Virus record (IMG/VR): IMGVR_UViG_2596583697_000001
Span: 32,001-96,000 of that record
DNA: 64,000 bases
Direction: 5' to 3' (one strand)
Source of the DNA: a virus
Lineage: Duplodnaviria > Caudoviricetes
The translations under genes were made by a program, and so were the position numbers. Below, in pieces: positions 52,572-61,153 of the stretch (its first letter is position 1; the number at the start of each line of letters is the position of its first letter). Below the pieces are notes generated by a model. It was not told the origin of the DNA. It saw only the letters and a list, made by a program, of their open reading frames with translations, and made no database searches.

Positions 52572-52660
52572 ATATTATTACCTCAAAGATTTGATATAAC
52601 ATAGTTTATCATAGAACCAATAAAACCACAATAGAAGTGTAGTTTTATAAACTTAGAAAT

Positions 52661-52732
52661 AAATAAAGAAAACTGTTGACAAGCACCGAGATAGGTGTTA
52701 TCATTATGAATGTACAGATAAATAAAGAAAAC
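52661..52732 (+). promoter_or_regulatory. SigA promoter for the replication block flanked by two AAATAAAGAAAAC operators
   Basis: TTGACA 52676-81, 17 nt, TGnTATCAT 52699-704; motif at 52661-73 and 52720-32. Confidence 0.75.
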
Positions 52733-53505
52733 CAAAAAAGGAGGCAACAAGATGAAAGGTAGTAAAACAGAGTATGCAAAATTCAAAAGTATCATGAGCA
52801 AGGTAAAGAAGAACAGGCCAGAGGTCGCAGCCAACGGAAAGGTTAAATGGGGAGCTGGTAAGTAGAGAGGGGTATTACATAATGATGATTAGTTTATTTG
52901 ATGGATTCTTTGCTTTTAACATTGATTGGAAGGCAGTGGTGGCAATGTCGGCAGCGTTAGTATTAATCAATGTGTTGAGCTAACCAAATTGTGAATTGGT
53001 AGGAAATATGGAGGTGGTTTAAAAAGTTGAAAGATGCGTTAATTGTGTTATTTATGGTTCTCTACGGCTTTGCAGTACTGTGTTTGACTTGCTACATGTC
53101 TGTTACATATGGTTGGCACTGGATTCTCCTATTAATGTTTATGGGGATTAGATACAAAAGCAGTGACAATAACAGCAACTCGAAAGAAGGTGAATCGTGA
53201 AAGAAGAAATGGAAGAAGAGTTTCAACAGTTTTTAATTGATATGGAAGAATCTGAAAATGCAATGGTATTCTCACGACGCATGGACGAAGGCGATTACGA
53301 AGACAACTATGGAAACAACGAAATTTATGAGTATCAGGAAAAGTTCGCTGAAAAGGTTGAGAATTGGTTAAGAGAAAACAAGTCTGGTCAGTACCTAGTA
53401 ACCCGTGGATATTATATTGGAATCATGACACCAGATGAAGCACGAAAACGCAGAATGTTAGAAAAGACAATTGAAGAATTAATTGTAAGATAAGGAGATT
53501 ATTAT

Positions 53506-53793
53506 TTGAAAAACAATACATTTGAAAATATTGGAATCGTAACTACGATAATTGGCGCTGTAACTGGAATTTTTGGATTACTCGTATTTGCACCTGTTTT
53601 AACATTTGGATTTGCATACCTTGGAGGAATGATTCTGAATTACTTTGTTGGCAATTCAGTCGTTAACGGTTTGAATCTTATATTTGATACAACAAGATTT
53701 ACAAGAGATTTAATTCCATTAACATGTGCCATCTTAGCGACAGTTGGTAAATATTTCAGAAGCTCGCAAACTGTCAATAATAAGAAAAATTAG
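53506..53793 (+). CDS. Small membrane protein
   Basis: Hydrophobic 95 aa ORF, AAGGAG RBS. Confidence 0.6.
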   Translation: MKNNTFENIGIVTTIIGAVTGIFGLLVFAPVLTFGFAYLGGMILNYFVGNSVVNGLNLIFDTTRFTRDLIPLTCAILATVGKYFRSSQTVNNKKN

Positions 53794-54020
53794 TACCCGT
53801 AAACAAGTCAACTTACATAATGGGGGAATTTAATAGCAACGCAAAAAGTATGGATAATACCGTTTTTGGTAGGGTATTTCGGATACCTTATTATTTTTGC
53901 ACCTTTTTAAGGTTTAATATAGATTTTCCATAAAGTGAGGATCGTGTTATCGCTGGTGAGAGCTGGTGTTTGCATAGAAAGCTAATAACAATTTTTATTT
54001 ATAGGAGGTACATAAAGTAC

Positions 54021-55232
54021 ATGAATTTTGAAATGGTAGGAAGAATTTCTTTATCAAAGGAAACAGATAAGTTTAAACCATGGAGTGAAAAACAGTATGA
54101 TTCTGGCTGGGTGAAAAGAAGAATTATGTTTAATGTCACATGCGGAGATGATAGGCACTTATTAACAGTTGATGCAGGAGCATTTGCCGATGGTCATGGA
54201 GATGTTTGGACATTTTCAAAAGGGTCTGTAGACGAAAATGGAAAAAGGGTGAAAGGAGAGTCCTTGAAAATTCCGTTTAAGGATAGGCTCACATCTAAGA
54301 AGCTAGCAGAGGTAGCCGAGTTCAAAAAGTTCATCTTTGATACAGAGAAGCCAGGCAGAAGATATAAGCTTGAAAAGGCTGCCGAAAAGGTTAAAGAGGG
54401 GGCATCACTTACAGATGAAGAATTACAGGATATTGAAATTGCAAGTGAATCTGAATTAGATGAGGCTCTTGCCAAGTCTAACAAGAAAAGACACGAATTT
54501 ATTTCTGAATGGGATTTTGCTGAATTTATCAAAAAGGTAATAGATAGTGGCAAATTCAAAGATAAAAAATTTCTGATTAGGGGAAACGGAAATTACTCAT
54601 ATTCGGAAAACAAAGAAAAGGTGTATGAAAATTATATCCCATCAAGAATCTACTTAGCAGCAGACGATTCAGAAGAGCATTCTACTGCAACTCTCAACAT
54701 TTTGTATAACAAAGACAGTTTTGACGACATGAGTGCTGATGAACTGGGAAAATATTATGTAAATGGTTTTATGATGGAATATGACAACAATAGAAAATCG
54801 AATATTCCATGTTCTGTTACTATCACAATTCCAACGTGTCCAGAAGGAGCATCAGAAAAAGATAAGAAAAAGACTGAATCTATCAAGAGGAAGTTTATGG
54901 TTAATGATGATTCATGGAAAGAGTATGGAGCTGTTGTTTCTATGTTAAATGGAGCACAAAAAACAGAAATTACAGAAGATATGCTCACTGATGATCAGAA
55001 AGAAGATCTTGAGTGTGGACTAATTACAATTGAAGATATTCGCGCAGAACTTGGTGGTAGCGTTTATGGAGATAGAATCCAGGAATATCAGTTTATTAAG
55101 CCAGCTAAAGGCTTTACCAAGGGAAGAAATGATACCGTGTACACAGATGATGATATGGTAATCAAATCTATTGAAAAAGAACTGCCTGAAGGAACTGAAG
55201 ACCTTTTTGAAGATGAAGACGATGATCTGTAA
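54021..55232 (+). CDS. Putative phage ssDNA-binding protein
   Basis: Acidic tail EDLFEDEDDDL; first gene of the replication cluster; ATG 54021 after AGGAGG. Confidence 0.55.
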   Translation: MNFEMVGRISLSKETDKFKPWSEKQYDSGWVKRRIMFNVTCGDDRHLLTVDAGAFADGHGDVWTFSKGSVDENGKRVKGESLKIPFKDRLTSKKLAEVAEFKKFIFDTEKPGRRYKLEKAAEKVKEGASLTDEELQDIEIASESELDEALAKSNKKRHEFISEWDFAEFIKKVIDSGKFKDKKFLIRGNGNYSYSENKEKVYENYIPSRIYLAADDSEEHSTATLNILYNKDSFDDMSADELGKYYVNGFMMEYDNNRKSNIPCSVTITIPTCPEGASEKDKKKTESIKRKFMVNDDSWKEYGAVVSMLNGAQKTEITEDMLTDDQKEDLECGLITIEDIRAELGGSVYGDRIQEYQFIKPAKGFTKGRNDTVYTDDDMVIKSIEKELPEGTEDLFEDEDDDL

Positions 55233-55279
55233 TTATCAAAACAAATAAACTTATTACTACATAAAAGGAGATATTGTTA

Positions 55280-56440
55280 ATGGCAAAGTTTGGAAAGAAA
55301 AATAAGGTTAGCACAAAATTAGAGGATTATAACATTTGTTTGCTTGGTGAGTCTGGAATTGGTAAAACCACATTGATGAAAGAAGTCTGCGAAGATTTGT
55401 TTGGTGGCGATGGATATATGATTTTTAACTGTGGTAAAGAAGACGGTGTAAGTTGTTTAAAAGATGCTTCATATGAGGATATTGATTCTTATAAAAAATT
55501 TGATGCAGTTACAAAAGATATTATTCAAAATAAAGAGACAGATTATCCGGAATTGAAAGTTATCGTAACCGATACATTAGACCAGTTATTTGAAATCGTA
55601 GAACCAGAAGCTGTGCGAAGATGGAATGCGGAGAATCAAGGAAAAAAAGATTTCATTTTAGCAAAAACACTCAATGCATCATGGGGTGGTTTTGGTAGAG
55701 GAGAAGAAAAAGTAATTGAAATTATTCTTGATAGAATGTGGGAATTAAAGAAAGTCGGAGTGGCGTTCTGGTCTTGTGGACATGTTAAGACACGTGAAAT
55801 TTTAGATCCTCTTACTGGGCAGACATATACAACCCTTAGTACTAACATGATGCAGAAATATTTCAATGGAATTAAGACAAAAATGCATGTGGTAGGTGTT
55901 GCTTGTATTGATAGAGAGATTATTAAGGAATCCACAGGAAGAAAGAACGTTGTAACTAAGAAGGAAATTACAAAGAATAAGGTGGTATCTGAAAGCAGAA
56001 AGATTATTTTCCGTGACGATGACTATGGTGTTGATTCTAAGAGCAGATTTGCCAATATTGTAGATGAAATTCCATTAGACAAAGATGAATTTATTAAAGC
56101 ATTGAAAGAAGCTGTTTTAAATGCTGGTGGAAAACCTGTAAAAAATAAGGAAAACATAAAGGCATCAATTCCAAAAGAGGAGAAACAACCGGAAGAAGAC
56201 GCTCCTTTTGAAGAAGAAAATTTAGAAATTGATGATGACATTGTGGAAGACGACACAGAACTTGTGGAGGAAGTTGAATCTGATTATCCAGAGGATCTAA
56301 TTGGAGTCATTAGAACGATGTTTAAAGAATGCTCCGACCCTAAGACAAAAGCAGAAGTAAAAGGTATGATTGCTGAGCATGGAAAACTCAACAATGTTCC
56401 AGAAATTGATTTAAAGAAAATTTATGATGTGTTGAAGTAG
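55280..56440 (+). CDS. AAA_24/Sak4-like ATPase (SPbeta YorG-like)
   Basis: GESGIGKT, VIVTDTLD, GGFGRG. Confidence 0.8.
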   Translation: MAKFGKKNKVSTKLEDYNICLLGESGIGKTTLMKEVCEDLFGGDGYMIFNCGKEDGVSCLKDASYEDIDSYKKFDAVTKDIIQNKETDYPELKVIVTDTLDQLFEIVEPEAVRRWNAENQGKKDFILAKTLNASWGGFGRGEEKVIEIILDRMWELKKVGVAFWSCGHVKTREILDPLTGQTYTTLSTNMMQKYFNGIKTKMHVVGVACIDREIIKESTGRKNVVTKKEITKNKVVSESRKIIFRDDDYGVDSKSRFANIVDEIPLDKDEFIKALKEAVLNAGGKPVKNKENIKASIPKEEKQPEEDAPFEEENLEIDDDIVEDDTELVEEVESDYPEDLIGVIRTMFKECSDPKTKAEVKGMIAEHGKLNNVPEIDLKKIYDVLK

Positions 56441-56489
56441 GTGAAAGAGAGGGATTCCCCCTCTCCCCCTATAAAAGAGAGGTAATCAC

Positions 56490-56975
56490 ATGTTGGTTAA
56501 GTGTCGTGTTTGTGGAAATAAAATTGAAAGAAATGCCGCATATAAGGTTAGAAATAAAAATGTAAATGAATACTATTGCAACCAAGAAGAATATTCGGAG
56601 AAACTTGAAAAAATTAAAATTAAAGATGATACATATGGAAAAATATTTGATATTTTTGGAAGAAGAATAACAAACACTGCGTTATTCAAAGAAATTTTAG
56701 AACTCGAAAGTGTGTATGGATATGAAAAAATTTACCAGTATTTGTGTGAAAATAAAAAAAAACTTACCAATATTCTTAGTAAAGATTTTAAAAATGAATA
56801 TGCTCAAATTAGATATTTCTCAGCTATTCTTAAAAATAATCTAGCAGATTTTAAAATTGAAAGCAGTCAACAGGAAAAGAAGATTGAAATAGATATGCCA
56901 ACCGTGAAATATGCTCAAAGAAAAAAACGTAAGTCATTGTTAGAAATCGAGCAGGAAGTGGAGGGAGAGAAATAG
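56490..56975 (+). CDS. Zn-ribbon protein upstream of the helicase (YorH-like)
   Basis: CRVC...YYC; IRYFSAILKNNL; synteny. Confidence 0.6.
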   Translation: MLVKCRVCGNKIERNAAYKVRNKNVNEYYCNQEEYSEKLEKIKIKDDTYGKIFDIFGRRITNTALFKEILELESVYGYEKIYQYLCENKKKLTNILSKDFKNEYAQIRYFSAILKNNLADFKIESSQQEKKIEIDMPTVKYAQRKKRKSLLEIEQEVEGEK

Positions 56976-58522
56976 GCGAGTTTATTACTGGAGTAAAAGA
57001 AAAATACCCGCAGCAGCTATTGAAGGGCAGGATTGAGGCAGAGGGAAACGTAGTGAGTTGCTTTTTCAAAGATATGTTGTTACTTGATGAAACTACTTTT
57101 GAGCAGAAGGATTTTATATCAAGTGACGGACTGTTTTACTTTTCATTGCTCAGGCAATTAAGGGCAAAAGGGTTCTATTCATTAGATGAAGTAACGATTC
57201 TTTCAAATTTGCAAGAAGATGTCATTGAAAGATATGATGCCATTGGAGGCTGGGATACAATACAGCACCAAATTGATATCATAAATCTACAGAATTTTGA
57301 TACATATATAGACATTTTATATCGAGAGAATATCTTGATTAATATGCACGACGATGGCTTTAATTTATTGAAAGAAATTGACCTAAATGGAAAGAATATT
57401 GTTCCATTGAAACTATTTCGCAAGATGAGCGCAGAGGAAGTAACCGACTGGTATGAAGCCAGAATCACTTCTTATGGCACAGGATATTCAAGCAAAGTTA
57501 TTGAAGAAGAGGAAATAGATTTTGATGACGAGTTTATTGAAAGCTGTAAAGAAGGTCTTGAAAATGGGATACCTTTTGATATTGCGGGATATGACATAAA
57601 TGGAAATGAAATTAATTGTTTTCCATTCCTTTCTAGACAAACAATGGGGCTATTGGAGGGGACTCTCACTATGCTTGGTGGATTCTCGTCGTCCGGGAAG
57701 AGCACATGGTGGATTACTGTAATTATGGCATTACTATATCATGACAGAAAAATACTAATTATATCAAACGAAGAGCGAATTAAAAAGTTCAAAACTAAAT
57801 TTATGGTTTGGTTGTTAGCAAAATATAGTCGCTACTTTAAATTAACAAAAGGAAAATTTACCGCAGGAGATATAGATACCGCAAGTCGCGAAGAACTAAA
57901 AAAAGTTCAAAAATTTTGGAAGGATAATTATAAAGGCAAGGTTAAGTTTGTAGCAATTAATGATGCAGACATGAGTATTGTAAAGAAAAAAATTAGAGAA
58001 AATGTATTGAGATATGGATATGATACAGTTCTTTACGATACTTTTAAGATTCAAGAATCAGATTTTAACGGTTCTCGTCAGGATTTATCCTTGGTCAAGG
58101 ATAGCAGAGATTTAGATAAGATGGGTAAAAAGTATAACATTATTATGTTAGCTTCAGTCCAATTAGCTGAATATATGAAAGGAAAATTATTCCTTGATAG
58201 TTCAGTTTTGTCTAACTCAAAACAAATTAAAGAAATATTAGAAGGTTTGTTCCTAATGCGGAATGTATTTGATGAAGAGCTAGATGAAAAAAGTAAATAT
58301 TACTGTAAGCCATTTAAAATCACGAGAGTAAATGATAAATGGATTGAAGAAGAATATAAGCCAGATAGAACCGCGGTATGGAGAATGTTGTTTGTTGAAA
58401 AAACTAGGAATGGTAGAAACTCATCAGATACAGGAATTGCATATCTATTAAAATTCGATGGAGATCATTGCATATTCAGAGAGACAGCTCAGTGTCGTCC
58501 AAAACATGGTGAAATAAAATAA
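56972..58522 (+). CDS. DnaB-like replicative helicase, probable ATA start
   Basis: GFSSSGKS, ISNEE, VLYDTFK, SVQL, EKTRNG; ATA 56972 after GGAGGGAG overlapping the upstream TAG. Confidence 0.85.
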   Translation: MGEFITGVKEKYPQQLLKGRIEAEGNVVSCFFKDMLLLDETTFEQKDFISSDGLFYFSLLRQLRAKGFYSLDEVTILSNLQEDVIERYDAIGGWDTIQHQIDIINLQNFDTYIDILYRENILINMHDDGFNLLKEIDLNGKNIVPLKLFRKMSAEEVTDWYEARITSYGTGYSSKVIEEEEIDFDDEFIESCKEGLENGIPFDIAGYDINGNEINCFPFLSRQTMGLLEGTLTMLGGFSSSGKSTWWITVIMALLYHDRKILIISNEERIKKFKTKFMVWLLAKYSRYFKLTKGKFTAGDIDTASREELKKVQKFWKDNYKGKVKFVAINDADMSIVKKKIRENVLRYGYDTVLYDTFKIQESDFNGSRQDLSLVKDSRDLDKMGKKYNIIMLASVQLAEYMKGKLFLDSSVLSNSKQIKEILEGLFLMRNVFDEELDEKSKYYCKPFKITRVNDKWIEEEYKPDRTAVWRMLFVEKTRNGRNSSDTGIAYLLKFDGDHCIFRETAQCRPKHGEIK

Positions 58523-58536
58523 TAGAGTGGTGATGT

Positions 58537-59562
58537 ATGCTAAATGACATTAAGAAAGAATTGATAAATCACCCAGACAAACTGAAAGATGTTCTTGAAC
58601 ACTTTGGTTATCACAATGTAGTGATAAGACCTAAATACTTACAATTTGGCAGAGCAATTGATGCGTCGAAAAAGTCTATAATAATCAAGCTTGAAAATAA
58701 TCAGTATCTGTATGTTCATGATTTTGCAAGGAATATAGAAAAAGATTTGTTTGGATATATAAGTGAACAAAGAAGAGTATGCTTTTCGGAAGTACTCTCT
58801 GTAACAAAAGATGTCTTGCATATAACAGATTACTATGACTTCTTCGATAATAAAGGAATTTTCGGAGGATTTTATGAAAGAGTAAGAAAGCGCAATACAA
58901 ACAAGATTACAACATATGAAAATTCAATATTATGTCACTACATAAAGTGTGGGAATTTACGATTTCTTAATGACAATATATCACTTGAGGCGCAGAGATT
59001 CTTCAATATCATGTATGATGTGGAATCACAAGGAATTGTAATTCCTATATACAATCAACTCGGACAGTTAATGGGTGTAAAGGTTAGATGTAATTATGAT
59101 GTTCCAGATGGTGAGATGAAGTATTATTACTTGGTTCCATGTGCAATGTCACAGACGTTATATGGGTATTCCCATAACTACAACTTTCTTGTTGACAATG
59201 TTGTATTGATTTTTGAAAGTGAGAAAAGCGTATTACAGTGCTATTCATATGGGATTAGGAATTGTGTGGCTATTGGTAGTGGCTCTATAAATCCAAAACA
59301 AATCCAAATGCTGTATGAATTAAATCCAAAAGCATTGATATTCATGCACGATGTAGGGTTTGAACTTGACAGCATAATGCGGAACATAAACATCTCAAAG
59401 TTATATTCAAGATTCTATGAAATAGATTTTGGTTATTGGGATTACTTCAACAAGAATTATAAGAACAAGTTTTCTCCGTCTGACTTAGGGAGAGATGAAC
59501 TTTTAAGAATATTGCACAGTGAAATAAAAATGATTGGAAGTGATGATGACGACGAATTATAA
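58537..59562 (+). CDS. DNA primase (TOPRIM)
   Basis: IVIPIYN...GVKVR...LYG...IFESEKSVLQ...FMHD. Confidence 0.8.
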   Translation: MLNDIKKELINHPDKLKDVLEHFGYHNVVIRPKYLQFGRAIDASKKSIIIKLENNQYLYVHDFARNIEKDLFGYISEQRRVCFSEVLSVTKDVLHITDYYDFFDNKGIFGGFYERVRKRNTNKITTYENSILCHYIKCGNLRFLNDNISLEAQRFFNIMYDVESQGIVIPIYNQLGQLMGVKVRCNYDVPDGEMKYYYLVPCAMSQTLYGYSHNYNFLVDNVVLIFESEKSVLQCYSYGIRNCVAIGSGSINPKQIQMLYELNPKALIFMHDVGFELDSIMRNINISKLYSRFYEIDFGYWDYFNKNYKNKFSPSDLGRDELLRILHSEIKMIGSDDDDEL

Positions 59563-61153
59563 CATTTTGAATGATTGTCGTGGAATGTATGAGGAAGAGA
59601 TTTTTGAAACAGTATTAGAATCAAGAGGAATAATCGATGCAGATAGATTTTTGTATCCAGATGAAGATGATTTATTACCATTAGATTCGCTAAAGAATAT
59701 AGATGAAGCGTTTAGTGAATTAAATACTGTACTAAGTAGTTCTGGAATAATTGGAATTCACTTTGACGTGGATTGTGATGGGATTGCATCGGGCACTATC
59801 ATGACAAGATACCTAAAAAATCATACTAAAAAAGAAAACGTAGAAACGTTTATCAATGATGGTAAAAAGCATGGATTGAAGTCTCAGGATCTTGATAAAT
59901 TTAATGGACTTGAATTATTGATTGTTGTAGATAGTTTGGACAGTGATATTAAACAATATAAAAGGTTAAAAGAAAAGGGAGTTAAAGTTATTGTTTTAGA
60001 CCACCATGCAGTAAAGAGCGAAATTCCATATGAAAAATATGTGACGCTTGTGTCGTCTCAAATGGATTATGAAAACAAAGCATTATCTGGTGCAGGTGTT
60101 GTGTGGAAGTTTTGTAAATACATAGATGAGCAATATGGAACCGACCATGCCGACTCCTTGATGGACTTAGCAGCGTGTGGAATTATTGCAGATATGATGG
60201 ATATGACAGTTATGGAAAACAGATACATAGTATCAAGGGGGCTTGACAAAATATATAATCCTGCAATTAAGAAAATTGTAGGTGGATTTGAGTTTAATAG
60301 TACAGCAATCTCATTTAGTGTAGCCCCTTTGATAAACGCAGCGAACAGAATGGGGCGGAATGAATCAGCTATGAATGCTTTTCTAGCTGATGATAACAAA
60401 GAAGTTTTAAAATATGTTAAGGAACTAAAGAAATGTAAGGAGCAACAGAACGAAGAAGTGAAACTTCTATTACCAGATATATTAGAACAATGTGAGAAAC
60501 AGATTGACAAAAAGATGCTTGTTTCATTGATAAATACTCCATATGGAATCAGTGGGTTAATAGCAAATAAATTACTTGAAAAATATCAGCGTCCGATATT
60601 GGTCATAAAAGATGGAAATGGTGTGTTTGCTGGATCTATGAGAGCGATTGGAGTTGATGACTTTAGAAAAATCTGCAATGAAAGTGGTTTGGCGAAAGCC
60701 GACGGTCATGAATTGGCGAGTGGTATAGAAATTGAGAAAGTTAATTACAACAAGTTTATTGAATATATAGAGATGAATTTACCACAGTTAAAAACAGACT
60801 TTTCAGTTGATGTTGACATCAGAATTAACGTTGATGATTTGACAAGAAAACTTGTAGACAGAATTAAAACTATCGACAGAGTGTCTGGTGAAGGATTTAA
60901 ACCAGTCAAGGTATTTATAGACGGTATTGATGAGTATGAAATTGGGCATATGAGTGATTATAAACACTTGGTAGTTAAACCAAATAATTACACCAATATC
61001 ATTAAGTGGAATTTTATGGGATCTTTTGATGACATGGAAGAATCTAGCATGATGAACGATGAATTAGAAATAGTGTGTAATCTCGATTCTGGGTTCTTAG
61101 GTAGAAACTTTGTATTAAAGGCGATATGCGATGAGATAAAGGTGGTGAATTAA
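59543..61153 (+). CDS. recJ: RecJ-like DHH exonuclease (YorK-like)
   Basis: FDVDCDG, VVDS, LDHH, LSGAGV, IADMM, PLINAANR, GSMR, GHELASG. Confidence 0.85.
   Translation: MMTTNYNILNDCRGMYEEEIFETVLESRGIIDADRFLYPDEDDLLPLDSLKNIDEAFSELNTVLSSSGIIGIHFDVDCDGIASGTIMTRYLKNHTKKENVETFINDGKKHGLKSQDLDKFNGLELLIVVDSLDSDIKQYKRLKEKGVKVIVLDHHAVKSEIPYEKYVTLVSSQMDYENKALSGAGVVWKFCKYIDEQYGTDHADSLMDLAACGIIADMMDMTVMENRYIVSRGLDKIYNPAIKKIVGGFEFNSTAISFSVAPLINAANRMGRNESAMNAFLADDNKEVLKYVKELKKCKEQQNEEVKLLLPDILEQCEKQIDKKMLVSLINTPYGISGLIANKLLEKYQRPILVIKDGNGVFAGSMRAIGVDDFRKICNESGLAKADGHELASGIEIEKVNYNKFIEYIEMNLPQLKTDFSVDVDIRINVDDLTRKLVDRIKTIDRVSGEGFKPVKVFIDGIDEYEIGHMSDYKHLVVKPNNYTNIIKWNFMGSFDDMEESSMMNDELEIVCNLDSGFLGRNFVLKAICDEIKVVN

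Larger units (their letters stand above)
20341..52648. repeat. Dispersed 18-bp palindromic sites (about ATRAAA-N6-TTTYAT) at gene junctions, about 45 copies counted by eye
   Basis: Examples start at 22031, 22233, 22497, 22943, 24477, 24817, 25096, 25348, 26121, 26364, 26703, 27047, 28233, 28866, 29449, 29807, 30890, 32117, 32865, 33716, 34788, 35221, 38044, 40109, 41432, 41944, 42391, 44571, 45651, 47202, 48620, 49179, 49389, 50112, 50962, 52631. Confidence 0.85.

Noticed and set aside
20341-52648. Reading the dispersed palindromes as a CRISPR array or intrinsic terminators
   Set aside because: Spacing follows gene length, repeats are degenerate with a variable centre, no cas genes are present, and the A/U-only 6-bp stems are too weak for terminators
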